This document shows positions 51,010 to 63,620 of a stretch of 64,000 bases of DNA, in pieces. The DNA is from Octopus sinensis (lineage: Eukaryota), in assembly GCF_006345805.1 (NCBI RefSeq), contig NC_043022.1, forward strand, positions 5,084,001-5,148,000. Reading direction: 5' to 3'. The notes under the pieces were generated by a model that was given only the letters and a program-made list of their open reading frames with translations, made no database searches and was not told the origin of the DNA. Within the stretch, counting starts at the first letter, position 1, and each line of letters begins with the position of its first letter. A program made the translations under genes and the position numbers.

Positions 51010-51910
51010 TGTTGAATCAAAGTTTTGCAATATTTTCGTAAGTTATTTGCTTTATTTGTCAAGTTACACCAAAAGCAGCCAAGAATTCAAAGTAGAGGTC
51101 ATCGTGTTGCATCGTCTGAAGACCCCTTTCTGTCACTTCTTGGATCCCCTAACCCTAACCAGTTCTTGTATCTTCCACCTCTTCTTGATTGATAAAACAG
51201 CATGAACACAGGAAGTAAGCCATGGAAGGGAACAAGAAATAATCCGAGGGAACTAGGTCTGGACTATATTCTGTGTGTGGCATTAGATCCATGCTCCATT
51301 CTACAGTGTTGAGTCAAAGGTTTTGCAGTATTTTATTTGTCAATTTACACCAAAAGCAGCCAAGAATTCAAAGAAGAGGCCATCGTGTTGCATCGTCTGA
51401 AGACCCCTTTCTGTCACTTCTTGGATCCCCTAACCCTAAACAGTTCTTGTATCTTCCACCTCTTCTTGATTGATAAAACAGCATGAACACAGGAAGTAAG
51501 CCATGGAAGGGAACAAGAAATAATCCGAGGGAACTAGGTCTGGACTATATTCTGTGTGTGGCATTAGATCCATGCTCCATTCTACAGTGTTGAGTCAAAG
51601 GTTTTGCAGTATTTTATTTGTCAATTTACACCAAAAGCAGCCAAGAATTCAAAGAAGAGGCCATCATAGTTCACCGCCTGAAGACCCCTTTCTGCCACTT
51701 CTTGGATCCCATGCTGATACCAGTTTTTGCTCCTTCAAGGCAAAGAACTCCTTCACTGAATCTTCCACTAATTTGCAGAAATCATGCCACCTCATCCATG
51801 ATCACTTGTTGGTTCTTCAGAACCATTTCTCGAGCCTCTTGAATCTTCGTGGTGGAGGTTGATGGGTATCCTGTTCCCCGTTCCTGCTTCATGCTTGTCC
51901 ATCCACCTTT
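51010..51910 (-). pseudogene. Tandem mariner transposase relics (281-bp unit) plus an internally deleted mariner
   Basis: Unit translates MDLMPHTEYSPDLVPSDYFLFPSM...EEVED; third copy reads WYQHGIQEVAERGLQAVNYDGLFFE; N-terminal FKGGWTS...PST...DEVA at ~51790-51905; TA+CAGTGTTGAGTCAAAG TIR at 51302 and 51583. Confidence 0.85.
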
Positions 51911-52021
51911 ATCTCTTTAAGCATTCAGATTACCCTGTCAAAAGTAATGTCTTTCTTTTATTCACATTGTTTTGAATTTATCGTGCATTCTCATACCTTC
52001 AAGATTTTGATGATTTGATGA

Positions 52022-53193
52022 TTTATCTTCAAACCAGCCAGATCCGGCCTCTCACACCTACCCTACAATGTCATTCTAAAAATGCAACAATCACATCATC
52101 GAAATCTCTGAACCATGAGATAATACAAGATTAATTCAAAACAAAATCACAGAAGTGGCTGTGTGGTAAGTAGCTTGCTTACCAACCACATGGTTCTGGG
52201 TTAAGTCCCACTGCATGGCACCTTGGGCAAGTGTTTACATGCCAAAGAGGTAGGCCCCGAAACGGCGCGCATTCTCTCCTGATGACCCCATACACTTGCT
52301 AGCTTCCGATATACGGAGCTTTTAACTGGTAGCACTTGCATGTGAAAGTTGTTTGCAAGACATTCTAAGAATGACCTTGTCAGATAGGTGTGAGAAGCTG
52401 GATCTGGCCAGTTTCAACATAAAACTAGAAGAATATTATGGTGGGACATGACTGATCCAGTCCTTTAGAATTCAAATTACTCTCTCTGCTTATTTATTCA
52501 GATTAATTTCAATTAATCATGGATTATCTCATAACTTTGACATTTCACTGATGGGATTGTTTATTTTTCAGAATGACATTGTAGGGTAGGTTTGAGAAGC
52601 CAGATGCAGCTAGTTTGAACTTAAAACAGATAAAATACTTAATATAGATATATTTTACTGAGGCGTGTATCATTAATATTAACCGTTTAACATTCCGATT
52701 ACTCTGTTGAATGTAATGCTTATTTGCTCTTTTACTTGTTTCAGTCATTTAATTATGGCCATACTGGAGTACCACCTTTAGAAGAACAAATTGACCCCAC
52801 GACTTATTCTTTGTAAGCCTAGTACTTATTCTATTGGTTTCTTTTGCCGAACCACTAGGTTACAGGGACGTAAACACACCAACATCGGTTGTCAATTGAT
52901 GGTGAGGGAACAAACACACACACACACATATATGACAGGCTTCTTTCAGTTTCTGTCTACCAAATCCACTCACAAGGCATTGGTCAGCCCAAGGTGCCAT
53001 GCAGTGGGACATAACCCAGAACCATGTGGTTGGTAAGCAAGCTACTTACCACACAGCCACTTCTGTGATGTTGTTTTGAATTAATCTTGTATTATCTCAT
53101 GGTTCAGAGATTTCGATGATGTGATTGTTGCATTTTTAGAATGACATTGTAGGGTAGGTGTGAGAGGCCGGATCTGGCTGGTTTGAAGATAAA
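52022..53193. repeat. 207-bp near-perfect inverted duplication (MITE fragment + SINE A head)
   Basis: 52022-52228 vs 52987-53193; two mismatches seen by eye. Confidence 0.9.
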
Positions 53194-53561
53194 ATAGGTT
53201 CATCATTTTGAGCAGACATGGCCAGTTTATACGCTAAAGGGCTAAAATTCTTGATCCACTCACACACAAAGTAAAACACTGGAGGAGGAGGAAGGTGAGG
53301 AGGAAGAGGACAGCATCATCATCATCATCAACAACAGCAGCAGCAGCAGCAGCAATTTCTGGTTGTTTGTGCATTTAGCTGTGTTTTCTTTCTTTTCACC
53401 GCTAAAGGAAAGTGTTGAATGTTTATTGATGTACATTATATCCACAGAATGAGATGTAGGATGTATAATATATGTATTATTGGGTACCTGTCTGGGGTAC
53501 CTTGACAGTTTAGAAGTATTGCAAAGAAGAGAAGGAGAAAATGTGTGCATGTGTGCTGAGA

Positions 53562-53601
<40 letters not shown>

Positions 53602-53879
53602 GAGTGTATTTGTATGTATATATATATCAATATATATATATATATATATATATATATTGATATATAGGTGTATATATGTTTATGTGTGCATGTAATTCGA
53701 ACTGCATACCCAACTTGTGTAGTCATTAGCATCAGTGACTGTCAAAAAGAAAATTGTTGAAGAGTGGGGGGTGGGGTGAAGGGAAGAAGAGGGGGGGTAA
53801 TCTTGGTTGCGATGACTTTCTAAAGAACGAGAACAATGAAGGAAATCAATGAACTACTCACGTTTCCTTTCTAATCCTC

Positions 53880-53925
53880 TCTATCCATCCACCCATCTAT
53901 CCATCCACCCATCCATCCATCTAGC

Positions 53926-53965
<40 letters not shown>

Positions 53966-53973
53966 CCTACCTA

Positions 53974-54004
<31 letters not shown>

Positions 54005-54075
54005 CTACCCATCTATCTACCTACCTACCCACCTATGTATCTATATATCTATCTATCTATCTACCTACTTTTCTA

Positions 54076-54109
<34 letters not shown>

Positions 54110-54304
54110 CCTACATACCTCTCTCTCTCTCTATCTATCTTTCTATTTATCTATATATCTATCTACCCATCTATCTACCTACCTACCACCTATCTATCTA
54201 TCTATCATCTATCTATCTATCTATCTATCTATCTGTCTGTCTATCTGTCAGTCTGTCTGTTTGTCTGTCTGGCTGTCTGTCTATCTATCTATCTATCTAT
54301 CACC

Positions 54305-54358
<54 letters not shown>

Positions 54359-54730
54359 CTCTATCTACCTGTCTGTGTTCATGCATTCATCTACCCCTAC
54401 TTACCTATCTGTCTGTCTGTCTTTCTATCCATCCACCTATCTATCTGTCTATTTCTATCTCTATCTCTATCTTTATTTCTTTCTATATAGCTACCCATCT
54501 ATCGATCTGTCTGTCTGTTTGTCTGTCAAACTGTCTATCAATATATTTCTGTGTCTAAATGTATCCATCTCTCTGTCTTCCTTTCTGTTTGTCTGCCTGT
54601 CTGTCTGTCTGCCTGTCTGTCTGTCTGCCTGTCTGTCTGTCTGCCTGTCTGTCTGTCTGCCTGTCTGTCTGTCTGCCTGTCTGTCTGTCTGCCTGTCTGT
54701 CTGTCTGCCTGTCTGTCTGTCTTTCTGTTT
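53880..54730. repeat. (CTAT)n / (CTGT)n tetranucleotide island
   Basis: Direct reading. Confidence 0.9.
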
Positions 54731-55772
54731 GCTAAAAACACCATACATACCATGGTGCATGCATGTGTGTACATGTGTGTGTGTGTGTGTGTGTGTACAT
54801 ACATACAAAAGCTTTAGTTATTGATTGGTGTAACTGCTATTGCATTTACACTCACTCTCCCTCTCTCTCTCTTTCTCTTTTTGTCTCTCTCTCTCTTTGT
54901 CTTATTCTCTCTCTCTCTCTCTTTCTCTTTTTCTCTCTCTCTCTCTTTCACACAATAGAATAATCATGTGGAACCAACAATGAGGAATCTCTTCAAAGTT
55001 TGATCATATTTGCCTCTGATGTTGAATAGAAAACATTTCAGTCTGAAGGAAAAAATATGTCTTCATTTTTAAAAGACTCTTTAAATGTGGAATATATTGT
55101 TGCATTATCAGAGGCAGACTACCGGAAAATAAACCATTTTCCTCTCTTGATATCAACCTACCCAATGTGACCGTTGGTTCTATGATATAGACTTTTTTTT
55201 TTAAAAATTATCTCAGTTAAAGACTTCCACCAAAATTTCATGTTGATTTGTGCTCCAAAAACCAGATTAATAATGACAAAATTATTTCACCAGATTGTTT
55301 CATTATTTTCAAAATTAATTGAAACGACCCGACAAATAACGTGGGTTCATGGCTGTTCTCTGCACCAGCTTCACATAGAAGCCCCAGCCCATCCAAAGTG
55401 CCTTGAATCGTAGAATATTGTTTGATACTTACTTTACATTCTATGACTTTTTGTGAAAGTAGTTTTTGAGGAACGCTACTGTTCCATGAAAAAAAAAAAA
55501 AAAGATCTGGTGTTGAATAACATAAGGCATCTTGCAATAAAATTTATTTAAAAGTTTATTTCATTACAAGAAATCATATTCCCCATTTTCAAAATAAATA
55601 ATTTAATTTTTGAGATAAATTCCATGATTTCACAAAAAGAATCAGATGGAAAGTTTTTTTCTTTGACAAATACAATGATACAGAGGAAAATAAACCGGAA
55701 ACCAGCAAAGAACTCTCAGATACGTATATGTATACATACATACATACATACATACATACATACATACATACA

Positions 55773-55830
<58 letters not shown>

Positions 55831-56290
55831 ATATATATGCATATACATATATGCTAGATCTATGAACTAAAATTTATATTAGCAAAAACATTTTTAAATA
55901 ATAAATTAAACTGGTTAGAGCTACTAGTGAAGTCATTCTTTTTCTTTTCTCAAATATATATATATATATATATTTTCTGATAAGAGAAAAAAATCTATCA
56001 GAAAGGAACTCTATCTCTCTTAAAAAAATATCTTTTGATAAGCATAACAAATGCACAACCGGTAAAAAGAACTTTCACCTAATTAAATACACTCTCCCTT
56101 ACTTAAATTATTTTGTCAGCATTTTCTTCATTTCCTTTTTTTATATATCACAACTCGTGTTCCACATCTCCTTTTTTAAATATATATATATATATATATA
56201 TAGTTAATCCAAACAAGAAAACACAAAAAAACACAACAACGCGAGGTCGTGGAACAAATATATATATATGTATGTATATATCTATATATA

Positions 56291-56526
56291 TTGGCTTGGT
56301 GCATAATTATTGCAGATTTTTTTCAACAAAAACAATAACAACATGTAACAAAAACATCTTTAAATGATTATTCTGGAGTATATTCACCATCTACTTCAAT
56401 TACTGCTTCTCATTTGCTTGGCAGACGGTCAGACCGTCATTTAAATATGTTTTTGTTAAATATTGTTATTGATTTTGTTGAATAAAATTTGTTGAAAAAA
56501 AGCTGCAATAATTATGCACCAACCCA

Positions 56527-56527
<1 letters not shown>
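56291..56527 (-). mobile_element. Hsmar1-like mariner MITE
   Basis: TA-flanked 25-bp TIRs TTGG(C/G)TTGGTGCATAATTATTGCAG; internal remnant LPSK*EAVIEVDGEYTPE* on the minus strand. Confidence 0.85.
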
Positions 56528-56586
<59 letters not shown>

Positions 56587-56688
56587 GCGAGAAGAAGCAA
56601 CAAGAATGGATAGGTTTTTAGTACAATCGTTTCCTTGTATGAAACGATTGTACTAAAAACCTATCCATTCTTGTTGCTTCTTTCTCGC
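56587..56688. repeat. Perfect 40-bp hairpin made of a pLTR end related to 37996-38035
   Basis: 56594-56633 / 56641-56680 are exact reverse complements with a 7-nt loop; the right arm starts GAAACGATTGTA and ends CATTCTTGTTGC. Confidence 0.85.
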
Positions 56689-56820
56689 TTATAATCACCC
56701 CACATTACTGTATTGTTAAAACCATATAGTTTTTTGGTGCATCTAAGTTAGGTACCATATTCAAGTAAATTCATTTGAATTAACTTGAATCTTTATTGCT
56801 TTTTGTATATATATATATAT

Positions 56821-57020
56821 AGGCGCAATGGCCTAGTGGTTAGGGCAGGGAATACGGTCGCAGGATCGCGGTTTCGTTCTCAGACCGGGCGTTGTGTGTG
56901 TTTATTGAGCGAAAACCTAAAAGCTCTACGAGGCTCCGGCAGGGGGTGGTGATCCCTGCTGTACTCTTTCACCACAATGCGGTGCCAGCATGGCCACAGC
57001 TCAAGAGCTGAAACTGAAAA
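56821..57020 (+). mobile_element. Chimeric SINE: family D 5' half fused to a B-type tail
   Basis: Matches D up to CTGTACTCTTTCACCACAA (~56977), then CGGTGCCAGCATGGCCACAGCTCAAGAGCTGAAAC. Confidence 0.7.
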
Positions 57021-57254
57021 ACAAAACAAACAAAAACATATATAATATATATATATATTGTGCTGTGTCTGGGGAGAGTCATTCTCTTTTAGTGCCTTAT
57101 TATTTAACACACTCACGGGTAAAGTTTCCACTCATTTACTTATTTATTTTTCCTAAAACTTTTGTTGCGTCTTGCAACCTTTTCAATAGCCATTAACTAT
57201 ATATATAAATTTTTTTATATATCATATATATTTTTTTACATATATATTTTTATC

Positions 57255-57503
57255 AGATGGCACGTAAAAAGCACCATCTGATTGTGGCCATTTGCCAGCC
57301 TCGTCTGGCACCTGTGCAGGTGGCACGTAAAAAGCACCACACTACACTCACGGAGTGGTTGGCGTTAGGAAGGGCATCCAGCTGTAGAAACACTGCCAGA
57401 TCAGACTGGGCCTGGCGCAGCCTTCTGGCTTCCCAGACCCCAGTTGAACCGTCCAACCCATGCTGACATGGAAAGTGGATGCTAAATGATGATGATGATG
57501 ATG
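57255..57503 (+). mobile_element. Retroposon family C
   Basis: Same units, body and tail. Confidence 0.82.
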
Positions 57504-57659
57504 AATGTGGGTTCATCCTTTAATTGAAATAATTTCCAAAGATTTCTAATGACTTTTCTTCATACTTCACTTTTGAATTCATACAGGTATGAAAACTTGT
57601 ATAGAAATAATTAATTATGACATATAACACTTATAAATTTTATAAACCTGAAAATAATA

Positions 57660-58110
57660 TAATATAATAATGAAATTATTGTATACAGTGCTCAGGTGCA
57701 CCACAACTTGTCAGAAAGTGCATATAAAGTACATGCAGTAATGTAGAAATGTCTGGAAAGCGAACAATGTATGAGTCACATACATGCTTGTGTGTGTATG
57801 GAGGGGAGAAAATCAGGTGTAGTGTTGGCGAATCTCAGGAAGCATGGAAGTTTTGAAGGATGCAGTGCTCCGACAACAAACAACTGATGCCGGCAGTTTG
57901 TTCCATGATTCAGCAACTCTCAGCGTGAAAAAATGTTTCCTGAAGTCATGGGAGCTGTGCTGTTTTCTTACTTTGTAAATATGTCCATGGGTGTTAGATG
58001 GGTGGAGTTTGAAAAGGTGCTCAGAGTTATTGTTTGTACAATGGTTGATAATTTTATGGGTGTCTGCCAAGTCAGCTGCCAGACATCGGAGTTTCAACGT
58101 GTCCATGCCC
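57660..58110 (-). pseudogene. CR1-clade LINE 3' fragment
   Basis: ORF 57813-58112 (LGMDTLKLR...RKHFFTLRVAESWNKLP) plus 3' UTR. Confidence 0.9.
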
Positions 58111-59069
58111 AAGGAATACTATTAAACACCATTCTTTCTAAAATTTCTTAAGTCGAAAAGATAATTGATGGTTAAGTAAAAATTAAATATGTATTTGAAA
58201 GTTCATTGACGCTCTTATTTGGATTCCTCATTATACATACAAATACAGCCTGACCAGTAATATAATTCATTTAACGAGTTTCAAATACACAGACATACAG
58301 GAATTAATTAAGAGAATGTCAGTTTTTTTCTATGTTATATATATTAGCACCTACTTATATATTTTTTAGTCTGGATTCAAAAAGGCATGACTCAAAGAAC
58401 GAACACATTATTACAATATGATAATGAAGAGAAAAATCTATGTACTTCTAACGCCTTTTTTAGCTTTTATCCCAGCTACTGATGAATACAAATTTGACTA
58501 TTCTGATTTTTCTATTATCAATATCTGAGTCTTTTTGTATGAGACAAATTGTACAGCAACATGAAAAATAAAAACTATAATCCATTTTAACATCTAATCC
58601 TCTCCATTTATACAAATATGAATATAAATATTTTATTGAACTTCGTTTAATAAGTTAAATCATACCCTAATTATTTCTATAAATATATATATATGTGTGT
58701 GTATACACATACACACATACACACATACACACACATATATGTATGTATACATATATGCATATTACAGATATACATACATGCAAACATACATACATATATA
58801 TATATATGCGCACACACACACACATATATATATGTATGCATACATATACACATATTACAGATATACATACATACAAACATACTTACATATATATGTTTAT
58901 ATATATATACATATACATATATATATGTATATATATATACACACACACACATACACACACAGACATATATATATATATATACATATATATATATCTACAT
59001 ATATATGTGTGTATATATATATATTTATATACATACATACATATATATATCTACATATATATATGTGTG

Positions 59070-59107
<38 letters not shown>

Positions 59108-61399
59108 AGTACATATGTATGTCTGTGCGTGTAGGTGTTAAAACACTTCACTTATTGATCAATGCTTTTTCTCTCCTTCTGTATCAAATTCCTGTTTTTG
59201 TTGAGATTAAATAAACCTTATTAAATCAAACGAAAAACAGTTCAAATCCCTTTAGTCTCCTCCTCCTGTATCTCCACTCCCTCATTTTCTTATTCCTTCT
59301 TTCTTTCCTTCTCCCTCTCTTTCTCTCTCTCTGTTACCAATTAAAAAGAAAAACTCAAAATAAATCGTTCATTTTCATCCTCTTATTGATGGAGATTTCA
59401 AAGAATTTATACCCCAAAGAAGAAGAAAGATCAGCTCTTTTATACAAGTTGGCAATCTGAATTATATTCCAATATTTTTGTAGCGAATTCTTCCAAATAC
59501 CTCCCAAGGGATGTTGTGGCTTTCACACAGCAAAAGTAATTTAATTTCATAGCATAGAACAGGTAAAGTAATTTTCCTTTTATTGATAGATTTCGCACAC
59601 CACGGCCTATTGAAAAATCGAATATTCAGAGAGGAATTGAGAATGGTTAAAAAAAAATGCTTAAGAGAAATGAAAAGGCAAAAAAGAAAACGATCTTCAG
59701 AATTAAATTGCTCGTTTGTTAAATAAACTCGTACATTTAGAATAAACAGAAAGATTTTAATTTTAGATTCTGTAAACAAAACAGAGAAAATGGTAAATGG
59801 AATCTCGCTTTGTTAATTCTTCGACTTTCTGTCTGAGATAAACGGTTCTGTTATTGTTGGAACTGATGTTACAGCTGTGGTTATTTGGATGGAAGCAAAA
59901 CTGGTAGGTTTGTTGCAGAACGAATGTTTCTCGTGGGTCAGGGTGGGGATAGGAATCATGGATTGTCGTTCTTAGAGTGAACTTTAATCTGGTGTGGTTT
60001 TGGTCTCTTCCTCTCTCTGTTTCCCTGTCTTTATCTCACTGTCTTCCTTTTTCTCTCCTACCCCTCTCTCCTTTCTCACCCCTCTCTTTTTCTCTTTCTC
60101 TCTAGATGTTCAACAAACCACTTGGGTCTGATAAAACTGACAGAACAAAAAACTTCCACGTGGTTACTTCACATGCTAGAAATAACAGCTGAATCACCAT
60201 CAAACCAATCATTCCATAATTTCTTGTTCCCTTGTCATTTTTTGTCATTTATGTAATCTCTCATACATACATACCTGCATACATACTCACACACACACAT
60301 GTTTATGTATATGTGTGTATCTATAATACTTTAAAAGTCAGCTTGAATCTTACTTGCTTGCTTGCAATGTTACCCAGCCAAACTGGTGCATAATGGGAAA
60401 ATACTATGAATTAAGTTGCCCTTTGAATACGAATGGAATAAAACAGGTTTCGCATAAATTGGACAACTGGTTGTTGAGATATTAGGGGTTTTCAGGGTAT
60501 AAATACCCAAAACAGTGCATAATAGGAAAATTCTCTGCAAATAACTTAACCCTGAAAGGAAAGAAACTCTTACTTTTCGATTAGACATAGTGATTCAACA
60601 ATGAAAAAATATGATTTGTTTTTTACAGTAAATATTTCTGTTTTTGCTTTTTTTAAACACAATATTTTAATCATTTAGAAATATTTCTAAGTGAATGTGA
60701 TTTCAAAACTGTAAGTTGTTTGTACAGTAAGGATTTATATTTTAGCTTTCTTTGAACAGACACTATTTTAATAGCTAAGCATTTTACCCGGCATGCTAAT
60801 GATTCTGCCAGCTTTCCACCCTGTTATATATATTGACAAACGAATTAACTTTTACATGGAGTATAAAAAATGCAGAAAGCTAATGGGAGAATGGATAGTT
60901 TTTTTAACTTGACAGCTGTTTCTGGGAGCTCAGAACCATGTAATAGTTGTAGTGTTCATAATTAGCAGTTGGAATGTGCAAAAGTCATGGATATGCAGCC
61001 AGTAGATGGATGTATAGAGACAATACTTGCTTCCTTCATCAGGAGGGAAAATTGGCAGATGGCAGGTCACATTGTGGTATGAGAGATTTAAAGGTTAAAT
61101 GGGAAAAAAGGAAGAGTAATAGGTAGGAGAGGGAGGATGCAGGTGACTTAGGGAGAGGTGGATAGGAGTGTAGAGGAAGAACAATAAGGGATAAGGAATA
61201 CAAGGTAGAGAGAGGGAAGGAGAGTAATAGGGGATCGAATGGAAGAAGTGGTGAGTTGAGGGGAGGTGGGATAGTTCAGTATTGTGAAAGGAGGCACCAT
61301 TTTTGGAGCATGTTATTAAGCAGATCTTTAATAAATCAGGATGACTGAGGCATTGTTGATTTCAAGTGCTGTTACTGGGCCCACATAAATTCTTTCCCA

Positions 61400-61690
61400 A
61401 ATCCAGCCTCTAAAAACTTAGTGGTTTGGCAAAAGAGACTGATAGAATTAGTGCCAGGTTTAAATATTCTTTTCTATTCTAGGCATAAGGCCCGAAATTT
61501 TTGGGAGGGAGCCAATCGATTAGATTGACCCCAGTATGCAACTGGTACTTAATTTATTTAACTTGACAAGATGAAAGGTAAAGTCGACTTTGGCAGAATT
61601 TGAACTCAGAACACAAAGACAGACGAAATACTGCTAAGCATTCCACCTGGCGTGCTAACGTTTCTGCCAACTCACTGCCTTACTAGGTTT
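61400..61690 (-). mobile_element. SINE family H (preceded by a short B fragment)
   Basis: GACCCCAGTATGCAACTGGTACTTAATTTAT core, GTCGACTTTGGCAGAATTTGAACTCAG, head near 61670. Confidence 0.7.
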
Positions 61691-61751
61691 AAATATTGAC
61701 CAAAAAATTGGTGGATTTGTTTCATGAAAATAAATGAATGATAAAAGACAC

Positions 61752-61754
<3 letters not shown>

Positions 61755-61796
<42 letters not shown>

Positions 61797-63350
61797 TGTG
61801 TGTGGTGGGGTTGTGTGTGTGTGTGTGTGTGTATGGTGTGTGTGTGTGTGTATGTGTGGTGTATGTGTTGTGTGTGTGTATGTGTGTGTGTATGTGTGTG
61901 TGTATGTGTGTGTGTATGTGTGTGTGTGTTGTGTTGGTGTGTGTATGTGTGTGTGTATGTGTGTGGTGTGTATGTGTGTATGTGTATGTGTGTGTGTGTA
62001 TGTGTGTGTGTGTGCGTATGTGTATGTGTGTGTGTGTATGTGTATGTGTGTGTGTATGTGTGTGTGTGTGTGTGTGTGCAGTGTTCCCCTGAGCTCACCC
62101 GGGTATTTACATAGGAACAACTGATGCGTTAATAGATTAGGAGGCAGGAAAAAATAGTTTATCCATTAAAGATTTTAAGTGCAATAATTGCGGAGGAAGA
62201 AACCTGAGACGAGATGTGTTTAATCTTGGATTTCATTTCATTTCATTTCCTTGATATCTGATGTCAAGTTATGGATTTGAACCTGTGTTTACAAAACACT
62301 GTCTCACGTATGAGCAATTCCAACCTAATTGATGCTGATTGGATGATAACTCGTTAATTTTTACCGTGATATTTATCGTGAATATCTTCAGCTAAATGTG
62401 TGTTTGTGTACACATGAGTATGTGTATAAGTATGCAGGTGTATATGTGTGTGTACATATGTGTCTATGAGTGTGCATGTGTATATATGTATGTGTATGTG
62501 TATACATGTATGTGTATGAGTGCGTATATGTGTATGTGTATGTGTTTATGTGTATAAATGTGTATGCAAATATGTGCTTGTATTTACATGTGTATGTGTA
62601 TACGTGTGTCTACATGTATGTATGTCTATGAGTATGTATGTGTATATGTGTGTGTGTGTGTGTACATATATGTCTATGAGTATGCATGTGTATATATGTG
62701 TATATATGTATGTGTATGTGTATACATGTATGTGTATGAGTGCGTATATGTGTATGTGTGTGTATGTGTTTATTGTGTAAAATGTGTAATGCAAATATGT
62801 GCTTGTATTTACATGTGTATGTGTATACATGTGTCTACATGTATGTATGTCTATGAGTATGTATGTGTATATGTGTGTGTGTGTGTGTACATATATGTCT
62901 ATGAGTATGCATGTGTATATATGTGTATATATGTATGTGTATGTGTATACATGTATGTGTATGAGTGCGTATATGTGTATGTGTGTGTATGTGTTTATGT
63001 GTATAAATGTGTATGCAAATATATGTGCTTGTGTTTACATGTGTATGTGTATACGTGTGTCTACATGTATGTATGTCTATGAGTATGTATGTGTATATGT
63101 GTGTGTATGCATATGTATGAGTGTGTATGTGTATACATATGTGTGTTTATGTGTATGTGTGCATATACTTGTATGTGTGCATATACTTGTATGTGTGTGT
63201 ATGTGTATTAATGTGTATGCGAATATATGTGCTTGTGTGTGTATGTGTATGTATGTCTGTGAGTAAGTGTATATGTAAGTATACATGTATGTGTTTCTGT
63301 GTGTGCATATGTATACATCTATACTTGTGAGTGTGTGTGTGTGTGTGCGT
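61755..63350. repeat. (TG)n and degenerate TG/TA arrays, including a ~240-bp tandem repeat at 62440-63120
   Basis: The block GCAAATATGTGCTTGTATTTACATG recurs about every 240 bp. Confidence 0.85.
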
Positions 63351-63620
63351 GTATGTAAAGATATACATATAAACAAGCAAAATAAACATAAAATGGAACC
63401 TCTCTCATGATTCCTGATTGTTTGGTTTTCTTTCCTTTCTGTCTTTTGCAATCCGTTACGATTCCTCAGTTCAGTAAAACATAATGGAAACACAAACACA
63501 GATTCTAATCATTCGACCGGTTTCATTTCATGATGATCCATTTGCATACGATCTTTATGCATCTATCTTTATACACATCAGTCGTCTGGTTCACAGAGAT
63601 GTAACTCCTTCAAGATAGGA

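Noticed and set aside
52255-52300. Permuted hammerhead (GAAAC...CTGATGA)
   Set aside because: The would-be stem II strands (CCCC and CCCC) cannot pair and stems I and III do not form.
53264-53374. Signal-peptide-like exon (MHKQPEIAAA...LLLQCFTLC)
   Set aside because: Its hydrophobicity comes from CAG/CAT/GAG triplet repeats, and no downstream exon could be supported.
63495-63545. Minus-strand GAAACCGGTC hammerhead-like half
   Set aside because: No CTGANGA core or matching stem I upstream.
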